From NCBI GenBank assembly GCA_040902925.1, contig JBBDWJ010000244.1:20795-84794 (forward strand): a DNA stretch of 64,000 bases, given 5' to 3'. The position numbers were made by a program, and so were the translations under genes. Positions 54,524 through 64,000 of the stretch are shown here, piece after piece. This DNA comes from Bryobacterales bacterium. GTDB lineage: Bacteria; Acidobacteriota; Terriglobia; Bryobacterales; UBA6623. Position 1 is the stretch's first letter; each line of letters starts with the position of its first letter. The notes beneath the pieces were generated by a model, which saw nothing but the letters and a program-made list of their open reading frames with translations, did no database searches and was not told where the DNA came from.

Positions 54524-56302
54524 TTAGCGCCGGTAGGCGATCTTGCCCGCCACGATTGTTATCTCACAGCGCGTTTGAGGAATCAGCGACTCCTCGACCG
54601 TCATAATGTCCCGCGAAAGCACTGTCAGATCAGCCCACTTTCCTGCCGCCACCGACCCTCGCGTACTCTCCTCGAACGTCGCGTAGGCCGCCCAGAGCGT
54701 CAACATCTTTAGGGCCTCTTCGCGCGATACGCGCTGCTCGGCATGCCAGTGCTGCTCCGATTTCCCTTGCAAGTCTTTGCGCGTCACCGCTGCGTAGAAT
54801 TCCACCAGCGGGTCCCCTTTCTCGACCGGCGCATCGCTGCCACCGGCGAGGCGGGCCCCCGCGTCGAGCAAGCTCCGCCAGGCATAGGCCCCCGCCAACC
54901 GCTCCTCGCCGAGCCGGCTTTTCGCGAAATAGAGATCCGTAATCGCGTGGGACGGTTGCATCGAGGCGATTACGCTGAGCTTTGCGAACCGCGGAATGTC
55001 CGGCGGCGCGAGAATTTGCGCATGCTCGATCCGCCAGCGCGGCTCCGCAACTTTCCGCTCGCCCAGCGGGACGCGGCGGAATGCCTCTTCGTATAAGTCC
55101 AGCACGAAGCGATTGGCGCGATCGCCGATTGCGTGCGTCTGCACTTGAACTCCGGCGCGCAACGCCCGTTCGAGCAGCGGCAGCAGGGCGTCCGTCTCAA
55201 ACATCAGCAGACCGTTGCTGTCGTGATCGTCGTATTTTTCGAGCAATGCCGCTCCACGCGACCCCAACGCCCCGTCCGCCATGAGCTTGATACCGCGCAG
55301 CGTGAATAGGCCTCCGTAGCCTTCGATGTTTGGGCCTTCCCGCAGAATCCTGTCCGCATCCGGCCCGGGCCCGCCAACAGCGTCGTAGAGGCGAAGCGGA
55401 ATCTCGCCCGCGTCGTAGAGCGAGCGCAATAGCTCGACTTCTTCATAGAAATTGCCCGCGATTCCCAATTGCGTCCAACCCATCTCGAGACTGCGGCGAA
55501 CACCGAGCAGCAGCGCTTGTCTTTTTCGTTCCGGCGTGTCCTCGGGAAGGAACCGCCGGATGATCGACTGCGCTCGATCGATCAGCATTCCGGTCGGCTC
55601 GCCGGTCTTCGGGTCGCGAAGGATCTCGCCGCCGGGCGGGTCCTTGACGCCTTTGTGCACGCCGATAACACGCAATGCGAGCGAGTTGGCCACTCCGGCG
55701 TGGCCGTCGGCGCGCACCAGCCATACCGGGTGCTGTGGGGACACCTTGTCGAGATCCCAGCGCGTCGGAAAGACGGGCGGGTCCCACTGAGCCTCGATCC
55801 AGCCGCGGCCCACGATCCACTCTCCCGGCTCGGATTTTTGGGCCTGCTCGCGGACCCTTTCGAGCAGCTCGGCGACGCTCCCGGCGGTGTCGAGATTGAG
55901 CTGCATCTCTCGCGCGCCGATGCCGCTCAGGTGAGCGTGAGAATCGGAAAACCCCGGCACGACGGTCTTACCTGCCAGGTCGATGACCTCGCTGTCCGGG
56001 CCACGGTACGCAGCCGCCTCGCCGCCTGCGCCAACGAAAACGATGCGGCCGTCTCGGATCGCTACCGCCTGCGCGACAGGCTGCACGGCATCCAGGGTGT
56101 GAACGATGCCGTTTGTTAGCAGCAGGTCCGCCGGCTCCGGCGAACGAGTGCAGCCAAAACTCAGCAGACACAGCCAAAGGGCGCCCGCTCCGGCCACAGC
56201 TCCGGCTCGAAACACGCTAATCCGAAATAGAAATAGAGGAAACAAGAGGCGACCCTCCGTGCGCTTTAACGGGAAGAGTACCACTTCCCGGCGCAAGCCC
56301 AT
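54524..56302 (-). CDS. Amidohydrolase-family metallo-hydrolase (Amidohydro_3 / YtcJ-like), probable lipoprotein
   Basis: The N-terminal region LLLTNGIVHTLD...AVAIRDGRIVFVG...VVPGFSDSHAHLSGIG carries an HxH metal motif. LWLCLLSFGC looks like a lipobox. The ATG at 56302 is chosen tentatively. Confidence 0.82.
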   Translation of the reverse strand: MGLRREVVLFPLKRTEGRLLFPLFLFRISVFRAGAVAGAGALWLCLLSFGCTRSPEPADLLLTNGIVHTLDAVQPVAQAVAIRDGRIVFVGAGGEAAAYRGPDSEVIDLAGKTVVPGFSDSHAHLSGIGAREMQLNLDTAGSVAELLERVREQAQKSEPGEWIVGRGWIEAQWDPPVFPTRWDLDKVSPQHPVWLVRADGHAGVANSLALRVIGVHKGVKDPPGGEILRDPKTGEPTGMLIDRAQSIIRRFLPEDTPERKRQALLLGVRRSLEMGWTQLGIAGNFYEEVELLRSLYDAGEIPLRLYDAVGGPGPDADRILREGPNIEGYGGLFTLRGIKLMADGALGSRGAALLEKYDDHDSNGLLMFETDALLPLLERALRAGVQVQTHAIGDRANRFVLDLYEEAFRRVPLGERKVAEPRWRIEHAQILAPPDIPRFAKLSVIASMQPSHAITDLYFAKSRLGEERLAGAYAWRSLLDAGARLAGGSDAPVEKGDPLVEFYAAVTRKDLQGKSEQHWHAEQRVSREEALKMLTLWAAYATFEESTRGSVAAGKWADLTVLSRDIMTVEESLIPQTRCEITIVAGKIAYRR

Positions 56303-56345
56303 CGGCGGGCCGGCGGCATCACGCCGCCATGTTAGGATCGAGCCA

Positions 56346-57107
56346 ATGAGCCTCGAAACCGGCCGCCAATGGATCGAGCAGGCGCGCAACATCGTCGGGT
56401 TTACCGGGGCCGGTATCTCGACCGAATCCGGCATCCCCGACTTCCGCAGCCCTAACGGCGTCTGGGCCCGCAACCGCACTGTGTACTTCGATGAGTTCGT
56501 GCGCAGTGAAGACGATCGGATCGAATACTGGCGTCAGAAAACGGAAAGCTGGCCTGACATGCGCAACGCCAAACCAAACGCTGGTCATCAGGCTTTCGTG
56601 GAGCTCGAGCGGCAGGGCAAGCTGAAGGCTCTCATCACCCAGAACATCGACGGATTGCACCAGGCCTCGGGCCTCGACCCGGCGCTCGTGATGGAGCTGC
56701 ACGGCAACGGCACCGTATCCGGCTGTCTGAGCTGCCGCGACCGGATTCCGATGGACGAGGCGATAGAGCGCATCGCGAAGGGCGAGCGGGCGCCGCGCTG
56801 CCGGCTCTGCAACGGGCTCCTCAAGCCCGCCACGATTTCCTTCGGCCAAACACTGCCGCAGGACGTTCTCTCGAATTGCCAAGCCGCCGCCGAGGCGTGT
56901 GAAGTGTTCCTGGCGGTCGGTTCTTCGCTGGTGGTGTACCCGGCGGCTGGCTTGCCCATCGTGGCTAAGCGGGCTGGCGCCCGTTTGATCATCCTCAACC
57001 GCACCGCAACGCCGCTCGACGAGTTAGCTGACTTGGTGATTCACGACGAAATTGGAAAGGCGCTGCCCGCGCTCGTGGGTGTTGCAGTGTCCCGGCAAAC
57101 CACCTAG
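56346..57107 (+). CDS. cobB: NAD-dependent protein deacylase (Sir2 family)
   Basis: Diagnostic motifs are GFTGAGISTESGIPDFRSPNGVW and ITQNIDGLH. The zinc-ribbon cysteines are CLSCR...CRLCNG. The ATG at 56346 was confirmed. Confidence 0.9.
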   Translation: MSLETGRQWIEQARNIVGFTGAGISTESGIPDFRSPNGVWARNRTVYFDEFVRSEDDRIEYWRQKTESWPDMRNAKPNAGHQAFVELERQGKLKALITQNIDGLHQASGLDPALVMELHGNGTVSGCLSCRDRIPMDEAIERIAKGERAPRCRLCNGLLKPATISFGQTLPQDVLSNCQAAAEACEVFLAVGSSLVVYPAAGLPIVAKRAGARLIILNRTATPLDELADLVIHDEIGKALPALVGVAVSRQTT

Positions 57108-57169
57108 CGTGGGGTTCCGCGGCCAGGTCGAGGCGCCATGTGCCTAACTTGCAAAGATGCCGGAAGCCG

Positions 57170-57961
57170 TCACGAACCGGTGCTTGAGTAGTTACGAACC
57201 CCGCGGTTCCAAAGCAGAATCGCCGCGGTCAGAAACACCGCCGTCAGCGCCGGCAGCGCCGCCACGTACTGACGATATTCTGAGCGCCCGAGCAGCTCCG
57301 TGGAAGGATAGAAAGCCGCGAACCCAAACGGAATAATCCAGCTCAGCAGAAACCGGATGAACGGGTTATAGATATCCAGCGGATACCTGCCGAAAGCCAG
57401 CATGTTGTACACCGGCGGGATGATCCCGACGCGATCCTCGACCCAGAAGGAAACACAGGTCAGGATCAGAAACACGGAGATGTAGATCAGCAGCCCGCAA
57501 AACACCGCCGCGACGAGAAACAGCCAATCCACGATTGCAAAATTGAGCCGCAGAGCCCGCGACGCGTACGCCACAATCGCCATTCCGACCACCGCGTCGG
57601 TCAGAGCTTCCAGGCGGTACTGCTCGCTCATCACCTGGAACAGCGAATGCACCGGGCGCAGCAGCACGCGGTCAAACTTTCCCTCGACGATGTAGACCTG
57701 CCCGAAATAGTAAAGATTGACGCTGATGGTGTTAAACATCGCCAGCGGAATCAAGCCGAAGCCGTAGAGGAAGAGGATTTCCTCAAAACGCCAGCCGGCG
57801 ATTTCGGGTGATTTGTGGAACAACAGAAAAACCAGCGCCAGCCCAAACACGGTGGCCACCAGCGCCGTGATGATCGAAACGATCAGGTCGCCCTTATAAG
57901 CCAGACGGACCTTCGTGTACTGCACGAAGTAGAGGAAGAAAAGCCGCAGGTAGCGCCGCAT
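57170..57961 (-). CDS. ABC-2-family transporter permease (DUF990-like), no ATPase partner in the window
   Basis: The N-terminus is MRRYLRLFFLYFVQYTKVRLAYKGDLIV, and six hydrophobic segments follow. The motif YIVEGKFDRVLLRPV is typical of this permease family. The ATG at 57961 was confirmed. Confidence 0.6.
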   Translation of the reverse strand: MRRYLRLFFLYFVQYTKVRLAYKGDLIVSIITALVATVFGLALVFLLFHKSPEIAGWRFEEILFLYGFGLIPLAMFNTISVNLYYFGQVYIVEGKFDRVLLRPVHSLFQVMSEQYRLEALTDAVVGMAIVAYASRALRLNFAIVDWLFLVAAVFCGLLIYISVFLILTCVSFWVEDRVGIIPPVYNMLAFGRYPLDIYNPFIRFLLSWIIPFGFAAFYPSTELLGRSEYRQYVAALPALTAVFLTAAILLWNRGVRNYSSTGS

Positions 57962-58141
57962 GAAAAGGTCTCGGGTCTGAGGGTCATTGTAAGTCTCCGC
58001 AATGGCCTCATGTATGGCCTCATGCGGGTGCCGGACCGATCTGCCCCGGGCGACCGTGATGAGTGGGAGGGAGATGAAGGCGAGAGGAGGGGCGGGTCGA
58101 GCAAATGGGCACGCGCGGAAAACGCGAAGGTACCACCACAC

Positions 58142-59332
58142 TCAAAGCCCAAGCAGCTTCTTCCAGCCAGAAGCCACCGGCTGGCGTAGCTCTTCGCCCG
58201 TGATGTGGCGAGCCATGCTGTGGATCTGGCTGCCTAAACCTGAATCCGTGTCGAGTAGCAAGCCCTTCATGGCGGCCCCGGAAACGGAGGCGTAGTCGTT
58301 GCTGAGAGCGCAAGCCACGGGCAGTCCGACTGCCTGCTCGATCTCTTTTTCCCGCAACGGTTGTTTGGAGTCGATGCGGTTCACGATCAACTTGATGCGC
58401 TCTTTCGGCACTCCGATTTCGAGAAGCTCGGAGACTCGACGCCGCGCCAAGTGGAGCGCCACCACCTCGGGCGCCGTCACCAGATACACCTGATCGGCGT
58501 TCTGGAGCACGCTTTCGCTGACAGAAAACATGCCGGGGGGCATGTCGACAACAACGTGGGGATAGGTCTCTAGCGCGGATTGAAACAGTTCGGGGAGCCG
58601 GCCCAGGTTCTCCAACGGCATCGACTTAAACGAGGCGGGGGCCGCCAAGACTTCGAAGCCTTCCCTCTGATAGGCGAGTCTCTGCCACAGCTCGTCAATG
58701 ATGTCGATGCGTCCCAGCGCGTCCGCGAGCGTGAACTCCGGATTGACCCCTAAGCGGAAGGCGATCGATCCGGCCTGAAAATCGAAATCCACCAACAAGA
58801 CTCTGCATTTCGAGATCCGCGAAATCGAGTTGGCAAGGTGCACTGCCACCATCGACGCTCCGCTGCCGCCTCGCGACGGCAGAACCGCCGTCAGCCGTCC
58901 AGGCTTCTTGGTTCCATTGCCCGCGGAACGCTTGTCGAGGGCCTCCTGCAAGTGCAGGAACTCGAACGGGGGAGCAAGAAACTCGGTCGCTCCCGCGCGC
59001 ATGGCTGCGATCACCGCTTCGGACTCGCGTGTGTTGTTCGCGGCGGCAATAACGATCTCCGGCCGCGAGCGGCTGATCTCCTGGATCAGGGCCAGGGCAT
59101 GCTGTTGTTCGGTCAGCCCCACCACCACGACCTGGGTTGTTTTTTCCGCGCCCAGCGAAGTACTCACGTCGGTGACGCTCGGATACGAGACGTCGACTCG
59201 AGGATTTCGGGCAAATCCGCGCGAGGTCATGGTCCCGGCCAGTTCCGACGCCAAGGGGGAGTCCGGCCAGAAAATCGTTACTTTGTTGGCCACTGTCGAA
59301 TCCTCGATGCTGGCGGCTTCTGCCGAAAGCAC
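58142..59332 (-). CDS. CpaE/TadZ-like protein (pseudo-receiver domain plus MinD/ParA-type atypical ATPase domain)
   Basis: The receiver-like N-domain is VVVVGLTEQQHALALIQEISRSRPEIVIAAANNTRESEAVIAAMRAGATEFL. The atypical Walker A SRGGSGASMVAVHLA is, as I recall, characteristic of CpaE/TadZ. VVVDMPPG follows. Confidence 0.75.
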   Translation of the reverse strand: MLSAEAASIEDSTVANKVTIFWPDSPLASELAGTMTSRGFARNPRVDVSYPSVTDVSTSLGAEKTTQVVVVGLTEQQHALALIQEISRSRPEIVIAAANNTRESEAVIAAMRAGATEFLAPPFEFLHLQEALDKRSAGNGTKKPGRLTAVLPSRGGSGASMVAVHLANSISRISKCRVLLVDFDFQAGSIAFRLGVNPEFTLADALGRIDIIDELWQRLAYQREGFEVLAAPASFKSMPLENLGRLPELFQSALETYPHVVVDMPPGMFSVSESVLQNADQVYLVTAPEVVALHLARRRVSELLEIGVPKERIKLIVNRIDSKQPLREKEIEQAVGLPVACALSNDYASVSGAAMKGLLLDTDSGLGSQIHSMARHITGEELRQPVASGWKKLLGL

Positions 59333-59433
59333 GCCTTCTCAAGCACTTATCGGCTGTTTCCGGAAAAAGCTTTGCGGCGCCGTAGGCCGCGATCCGGCCC
59401 GAGTCTTGCCGCCTACAGCGAGGCTCCGCGCTG

Positions 59434-59462
59434 TTGACCGCCTCTAAGTGGCTTGCTACACT
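59434..59462 (+). promoter_or_regulatory. Sigma-70-type promoter candidate for rpmH-rnpA-yidD-yidC-jag
   Basis: TTGACC (59434-59439), a 17-nt spacer, then TACACT (59457-59462). It lies about 58 nt upstream of the rpmH ATG. Confidence 0.45.
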
Positions 59463-59519
59463 GAGTTTTTCCGTCGGGGCTTTCGTGTGCCCAGGGCTGC
59501 CGGCGGGTGTGAGAAATCC

Positions 59520-59669
59520 ATGCCGAAAAGAACATTTCAGCCCAATCGACGTCACCGGTCCAAGACGCACGGTTTTCGCGCCCGTATGAAGAGCCCGGGC
59601 GGCCGTCGTGTTCTCTCCGCCCGGCGGGCGAAGGGCAGGAAGAATCTTACTGTCAGCTCGGAAAGATAG
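59520..59669 (+). CDS. rpmH: 50S ribosomal protein L34
   Basis: The protein reads [49 protein letters not shown]. The ATG at 59520 was confirmed. Confidence 0.96.
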   Translation: MPKRTFQPNRRHRSKTHGFRARMKSPGGRRVLSARRAKGRKNLTVSSER

Positions 59670-59670
59670 T

Positions 59671-60096
59671 TTGTGCCCGTCCGTCCCGCCTGGCTCACAG
59701 GGCTTCCCCAAGTCCCGCCGTCTGCGAAAAAGAGTCGAATATCAGAGGGTTTACGAGAACGGGGTGCGGCTGCGCGGCGCCTGTTTTGCGGTGTTCTGCC
59801 GGCCTGCGGAAGCTGCGGGGCCAGGGCGCGTCGGCTTCAGCGTGCCGCGGCGTATCGGCGGCGCGGTGGTGCGCAGCCGGGTCAAGCGGCGGCTGCGCGA
59901 ACTGATTCGGCGACACTGGAACGAACTGCCGGACGGCTGTGAGCTCGTCTTCCATGTCTACCCGGCTATCCTCGGCGCAACCGCCGCCGAGTTGGAAGCT
60001 CAAATTGCACGCGCCTTTCACGAAAGTTCGCGAGCGCTCCGGCGCAGCCGCGGCGGCGACCAGCCCGGGCCGCGAAGGCCCGCTGCCGGCGCTTGA
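59671..60096 (+). CDS. rnpA: Ribonuclease P protein component
   Basis: [23 protein letters not shown]...[27 protein letters not shown] is canonical RnpA. The only in-frame start after the rpmH stop is TTG at 59671, so the start is uncertain. Confidence 0.85.
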   Translation: MCPSVPPGSQGFPKSRRLRKRVEYQRVYENGVRLRGACFAVFCRPAEAAGPGRVGFSVPRRIGGAVVRSRVKRRLRELIRRHWNELPDGCELVFHVYPAILGATAAELEAQIARAFHESSRALRRSRGGDQPGPRRPAAGA

Positions 60097-60202
60097 GCCG
60101 AAGCTCGGCCCGGCGCGGCCGATCTCGTTGGGCGACTGCCATGCGCCTACCGGCGGAGCGGCGCGAACCGGCCCTTCTTCGGCACCGCGGCCCGGCGCTC
60201 GC

Positions 60203-60409
60203 GTGCTGATTTTTCTGCTCTCGCTCTACAAAGCCTTCGTGTCGCCTTTGCTGCCGTCGAGCTGCAAGTTCTATCCAACCTGCTCGGAATATGCCAAAGA
60301 AGCCGTCGGGCGGCACGGCGTGGCTCGAGGGCTCAACTTGGCGCTAAGGCGTTTGCTGCGATGCCGTCCGTTTTCACCCGGCGGCTACGACCCGGTACCC
60401 GATGCCTGA
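60203..60409 (+). CDS. yidD: Membrane protein insertion efficiency factor YidD
   Basis: The protein reads (V/M)[65 protein letters not shown]. The GTG at 60203 is the most plausible start. The long track ORF from 59939 overlaps rnpA. Confidence 0.85.
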   Translation: MLIFLLSLYKAFVSPLLPSSCKFYPTCSEYAKEAVGRHGVARGLNLALRRLLRCRPFSPGGYDPVPDA

Positions 60410-62174
60410 AGACAACGAAGAACAATTCATGCAGCGGCGCTTGCTGCTGGCCTCGGTACTGTCCGCCGTGGCGATGATGGGCTATTTCTACATGAACACG
60501 CGGAATGCGCCGCCGCTTCCGCCGCTCTCGGAGAATCCCGCCGTCGTCGAACAGCTCGCCGAACCCGAGGCTTCGGCCGCGGAGCCGGGCGCCGGCTCTC
60601 CCGAACAACCCGCCGAGCAGGCTTCTCCGCCACCGGCCGAGGTCGCCGAAGCGCCGGCCGGCGACGTTGCCGCCGAAGCCGAGCAGGAGATCGTGGTCGA
60701 ATCCGATACCTACCGGGTCACGTTTTCCAACCGCGGGGCCGTGGTCAAGAGCTGGATTCTCAAGCAGTACGAAAACTCCATCGGCGAGCAGCTCGACTTG
60801 GTTCACATTGCCGGAACCAAGCAGTATGGCTACCCATTCCAGCTACAGTTGCCCGGCGGAGAAGCCATCAAAGCTGTCAACGAGGCGCTGTTCGCCGTCG
60901 ACGAAGGGGGCAGCCCGCGCACCGCGCCCGCGACGATCACATTCAACTACGCCGCCGGTGGTTGGAGTGCGCGCAAGACCTTCCGGTTCGAGCCGCAGGG
61001 CTATGTGCTGCATCTGGAAACCGAGCTGCGCCAGGCCGGCGAGCCTCGCTCGCACCTTGTCGCCTGGCCCGGCGGCTTCGGCGACCTGACGCAGGTAACC
61101 GACGCGGCCCACAGCCAGACTTTTTACTTCGATCCGGCCGCCGACAAGCCCGTGCGCAACACTGCCGAGGATGCGGCCGAACAGAGAATCAGCAACACCG
61201 GGCCGCACCCCTACGCCGGCATCGACGACCTGTTTTTCACGGCTGTTTTCAGTCCCGCCGAGGGACAGCCGCTGACGCTCGAAAGCTGGGCGGCCAAACT
61301 CATTCCCGAGAGTGTTGTGCCGCCGGAAGGCGCCGACCAAGCCGCTCTGGAAGAGCTCAAGGAAACCTTTGCGGCCGCGGCCGTGGGCGGCTCCGCCGAA
61401 AACTCGTTCGAACTCTACGTCGGGCCCAAGAGCATTCCGATTCTCGCCGCCGTCAGCCCGCGCCACCGCCAGATCGTGGATTTCGGCTGGCTCAGCTTCC
61501 TCGCCCTGCCGCTGTTTTACATGTTGCTGTGGACCCACGAACACATGGTCGCCAACTACGGTTGGGCGATCGTGCTGGTCACCGTCGCCATCAACTTCGT
61601 GTTGTTCCCTCTCAAGTGGAAGAGCACCAAGTCCATGAAGCGGATGCAGGCGCTTCAGCCGCTGATCAAGCAGATCAACGAGAAATACAAGGGTCTCAGC
61701 ATGCGGGACCCCAAGAAGGCCCAGCAGAACGAAGAAATGATGGCGCTATACAAAAAGTATGGCGTCAACCCGATGGGCGGCTGTCTGCCGATGGTGTTGC
61801 AGATGCCGTTCTTTATCGCCTTCTACTGGGTGCTGACCTCGGCGATTGAAATGCGCCACGCAAGCTGGTTGTGGGTGGACGACCTGTCGCGCCCCGAAAC
61901 GCTGGCTATCCGCGTCTTACCGCTGGCAATGATCATCACTCAGTTTTGGCAGCAGCACATGACGCCGCAGCCGACTATCGATCCGGCGCAAGCGCGGCTG
62001 ATGAAATTCATGCCGCTGATGTTCGGCTTCTTCTTCTACGGGTTCCAAAGCGGCCTGGTGTTATACTGGTTGACGATGAATTTGGTCGGGGTCGGGCAGC
62101 AGGCCCTTCTGAACCGCTTGCCGTCGGAACCCCTTGAGATCGAGCAACCCCGCCGCCGTAAAAAGAAAAAATAA
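60402..62174 (+). CDS. yidC: Membrane protein insertase YidC
   Basis: This is a 590-aa ORF with a large periplasmic P1 domain. The conserved core is ...[47 protein letters not shown]...[16 protein letters not shown]. It overlaps yidD by 8 nt. Confidence 0.95.
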   Translation: MPEDNEEQFMQRRLLLASVLSAVAMMGYFYMNTRNAPPLPPLSENPAVVEQLAEPEASAAEPGAGSPEQPAEQASPPPAEVAEAPAGDVAAEAEQEIVVESDTYRVTFSNRGAVVKSWILKQYENSIGEQLDLVHIAGTKQYGYPFQLQLPGGEAIKAVNEALFAVDEGGSPRTAPATITFNYAAGGWSARKTFRFEPQGYVLHLETELRQAGEPRSHLVAWPGGFGDLTQVTDAAHSQTFYFDPAADKPVRNTAEDAAEQRISNTGPHPYAGIDDLFFTAVFSPAEGQPLTLESWAAKLIPESVVPPEGADQAALEELKETFAAAAVGGSAENSFELYVGPKSIPILAAVSPRHRQIVDFGWLSFLALPLFYMLLWTHEHMVANYGWAIVLVTVAINFVLFPLKWKSTKSMKRMQALQPLIKQINEKYKGLSMRDPKKAQQNEEMMALYKKYGVNPMGGCLPMVLQMPFFIAFYWVLTSAIEMRHASWLWVDDLSRPETLAIRVLPLAMIITQFWQQHMTPQPTIDPAQARLMKFMPLMFGFFFYGFQSGLVLYWLTMNLVGVGQQALLNRLPSEPLEIEQPRRRKKKK

Positions 62175-62228
62175 TCACCCGGCTGCAGATTGTCTCCTGT
62201 TACGCCCAGTTGGACACTGATTCAAAGA

Positions 62229-62732
62229 ATGTCGGAACCGATCTGGACGGCTGAGGAGATTCAGCAAAAAATCACCGGCTTTCTGGAGCCCGCGTTGCGG
62301 CTTGCCCGGCTGCAGGTGGAGTTCGAAGTCCTTCCCGCAAACCTCGACAACGACCTCATCACGCCCGACTACATCGTCGACTTTCGAGGCCGCGACGTTG
62401 GCCTGCTGCTGGAGCAGCGCGGCGAACTGTTGCTCGCTCTCGAGCAGTTGACGTTGGAAGCCTTGCGCGTATCGAGCGATGACCGCTACCGGCTGATCTT
62501 CGACGCCGAGGACTATCGCTTGATGCGCATCGAAGAGTTGCGCCTTGCCGCCGAAACAGCCGCCGAGCAGGTCAAGAAATCGGGTTCGCCTTACCGCTTC
62601 AGTCCGATGAGTTCCCGAGAACGCCGGATTCTCCACTTGGCGCTGCGCAACGACCCCGCCGTCGAAACGGTATCCGAGGGCGTCGTGCCCAACCGCTATA
62701 CGGTCATTTACGTCGCGAAGAAGAAAAAGTAG
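62229..62732 (+). CDS. jag: Jag/KhpB-like RNA-binding protein (KH plus R3H domains)
   Basis: It occupies the conserved position after yidC. R3H-type FSPMSSRERRILHLAL is present. The ATG at 62229 was confirmed. Confidence 0.8.
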   Translation: MSEPIWTAEEIQQKITGFLEPALRLARLQVEFEVLPANLDNDLITPDYIVDFRGRDVGLLLEQRGELLLALEQLTLEALRVSSDDRYRLIFDAEDYRLMRIEELRLAAETAAEQVKKSGSPYRFSPMSSRERRILHLALRNDPAVETVSEGVVPNRYTVIYVAKKKK

Positions 62733-62751
62733 CGCTCCCCAGGCCTTGAGA

Positions 62752-62769
62752 ACCGGTACTCATGCCGGT
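62752..62769 (+). terminator. Post-stop hairpin ACCGGTA-CTCA-TGCCGGT (second copy of the 29556 hairpin type)
   Basis: The stem has 7 bp and starts 20 nt after the jag stop. It shares the CCGGTA-N4-TGCCGGTCC core with 29556-29577. Confidence 0.35.
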
Positions 62770-62908
62770 CCCGGACAAGCGTAGCGTGCCCAGGTGTGGC
62801 TTAGCCGCGAAGGAAATCGCAGATTAGGCCTGGATAACGCGGCGGTCACGGCGGCCACGCCCAACTCAGTCCTCGTGACCCGCGAAGAGGGGCCGATACT
62901 GCGACTTG

Positions 62909-63769
62909 TTACGGCTGCGGCTCGGACGGAGCCGGCTCCGTCTCCGGTCCTTCCGTGGGCTTCTCCGTCGTCTCGGCGCCGGTGGTCTCATCCACGATGC
63001 CGCCGAACGTGATGTCCACGTCGCTCTTGAACTGCTTGTAGTCTTCGTAGCGAATGACCATGCGAATGCGCTGATCGCCGGTCTTGAAGTGCAGCACGTC
63101 GTCCGCGCGCGTGTAGGTCGGGAACCAGTATTTGCCGTCGATCTGCTGGCGGTAGGTTTCAAAGCGGGGAAACTGGTGGTCGTCGCTCTTCTTTTGGACG
63201 CCCACACCCTTGCCGTAAGTCTTGACGATCTGCAGGTCGAGCTGGTCGACCCAGATCTGTCCTTCAAAATACCGCTCGCCCTTTTCCATCTGTTTGGGCT
63301 TCACCGAGAACGAGTAGCAATCGATCTCATCGATGCGCTCGGTCCCAAGATAGTCAACCTGGTACTTGTGGGCGTCGGCATTAGTCATCACGAAGGGCTG
63401 CACGCTGCGCAAGTCCTCCATGTCCTGGGGAGTCAAAATGATACGGGAGAGCGTCGAGACCGGCGCGTAGACGACGCGTTCGGTGCGCTTGTCGTTGGCG
63501 CTGAAAATGACGTCTTGAACCAGCTCCCACTTGCCGCGGGCGTTCCCCACTTCGTCGAACTCGGTGATCTTGACGCTTTGCCGGTATGTGTAGGCCTCGC
63601 GGGCCCGCGCGAAGGCCGTTTCCTTATCCACGAACTGCTTGACGATCTGGTCAACGGGAATCTTCGGCTGCCCGGCCGCGGTGTCGGCCGCCGCCAGAAC
63701 CCAGGGGGCCGCAACGGCGATCGCCAAGACGACCGCAGTAGTCCCGATCATCCGCCCGGCATGTTTCAT
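62909..63769 (-). CDS. LolA-like / outer-membrane lipoprotein-sorting family protein with an acidic Thr/Glu/Pro tail
   Basis: The signal peptide is MKHAGRMIGTTAVVLAIAVAAPWVLAAA. The body reads ...YSFSVKPKQMEKGERYFEGQIWVDQLDLQIVKTYGKG...YWFPTYTRADDVLHF. The ATG at 63769 was confirmed. Confidence 0.65.
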   Translation of the reverse strand: MKHAGRMIGTTAVVLAIAVAAPWVLAAADTAAGQPKIPVDQIVKQFVDKETAFARAREAYTYRQSVKITEFDEVGNARGKWELVQDVIFSANDKRTERVVYAPVSTLSRIILTPQDMEDLRSVQPFVMTNADAHKYQVDYLGTERIDEIDCYSFSVKPKQMEKGERYFEGQIWVDQLDLQIVKTYGKGVGVQKKSDDHQFPRFETYRQQIDGKYWFPTYTRADDVLHFKTGDQRIRMVIRYEDYKQFKSDVDITFGGIVDETTGAETTEKPTEGPETEPAPSEPQP

Positions 63770-63854
63770 CAAGCAGCCTCCCATCGACGATCCGCGTCTT
63801 TAGCCCGCATGTGTAGGGGACGTACCAACCCCGCAACGCGTTGCCCCTGCCGTC

Positions 63855-63883
63855 AACTTACAGCAGGTATACCGAGAGGTCAA
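63855..63883 (-). promoter_or_regulatory. Sigma-70-type promoter candidate for the 62909..63769 gene
   Basis: The minus strand reads TTGACC (63883-63878), a 17-nt spacer, then TAAGTT (63860-63855). It lies about 85 nt upstream of the ATG. Confidence 0.35.
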
Positions 63884-64000
63884 GCCAGCGCTGCGGCAGA
63901 GCGCCGCCCGATTCCTGCTTAGTTCTTTCGTCTTAGCTGCTTACGTGCGTCAGGCGGTTTGATCCCAACTCCCGCGTGCGCCGCTGCTTGGCTCTCACTG

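Noticed and set aside
59333-59519. Possible oriC/DnaA boxes in the region upstream of rpmH.
   Set aside because: The best match I saw (TTATCGGCT) shares only about 6 of 9 positions with TTATCCACA. There is no cluster of boxes or AT-rich unwinding element, and dnaA is not adjacent.
63919-64000. A possible 3' end of a minus-strand gene entering from the right edge (...SESQAAAHAGVGIKPPDARKQLRRKN-stop).
   Set aside because: Only about 27 codons are visible and there is no recognisable motif. It cannot be distinguished from a chance open frame.

Overview
This is a high-GC bacterial chromosomal segment. The gene content looks Acidobacteria-like (for example a CarboxypepD_reg-type TonB-dependent receptor behind an ECF sigma/anti-sigma pair), but that is an inference only. 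Most of the window is tightly packed core housekeeping DNA.

Gene order, left to right:
- pntA (partial), an M28 peptidase and a long ThiF-type E1 adenylyltransferase
- an envelope block bamA / SurA-like / tamB, followed by pcm
- an alpha/beta hydrolase, a DUF1499 protein, sppA and gatB
- a Tat-signal TIM-barrel isomerase, pyrE, an Ogl/TolB-like propeller, rpsU and glgC
- a HipA-like kinase + DUF3037 pair
- asmA, thyA-folA and tatC-tatA
- an enolase-superfamily enzyme and DUF1385-prfA-prmC
- a LolA-like protein
- an operon of an ATP-grasp::M20-like fusion, a leaderless GGT and an FGase
- a beta-lactamase-fold hydrolase
- an ECF sigma / anti-sigma / TonB-dependent-receptor unit
- about 970 bp of AT-richer non-coding DNA carrying an orphan intrinsic terminator
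- gdhA, an NHL propeller and a second GGT
- an amidohydrolase, a sirtuin, an orphan ABC-2 permease and an orphan CpaE/TadZ-like protein
- rpmH-rnpA-yidD-yidC-jag and a second LolA-like protein

I found no rRNA, convincing tRNA, CRISPR array, transposase or integrase.

The best candidate for an undescribed system is the HipA-like kinase + DUF3037 cassette at about 24.3-26.5 kb. It has compositionally odd spacers: an AT-rich upstream region, and a polypurine tract with (GA)10 between the two genes.

Secondary items worth a second look:
- the ATP-grasp::M20-like / GGT / FGase operon
- the non-coding region at 48.9-49.8 kb
- an MtaB gene relic
- an 8-bp GATC-containing tandem repeat

All family assignments come from reading motifs by eye. 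No database search was run.
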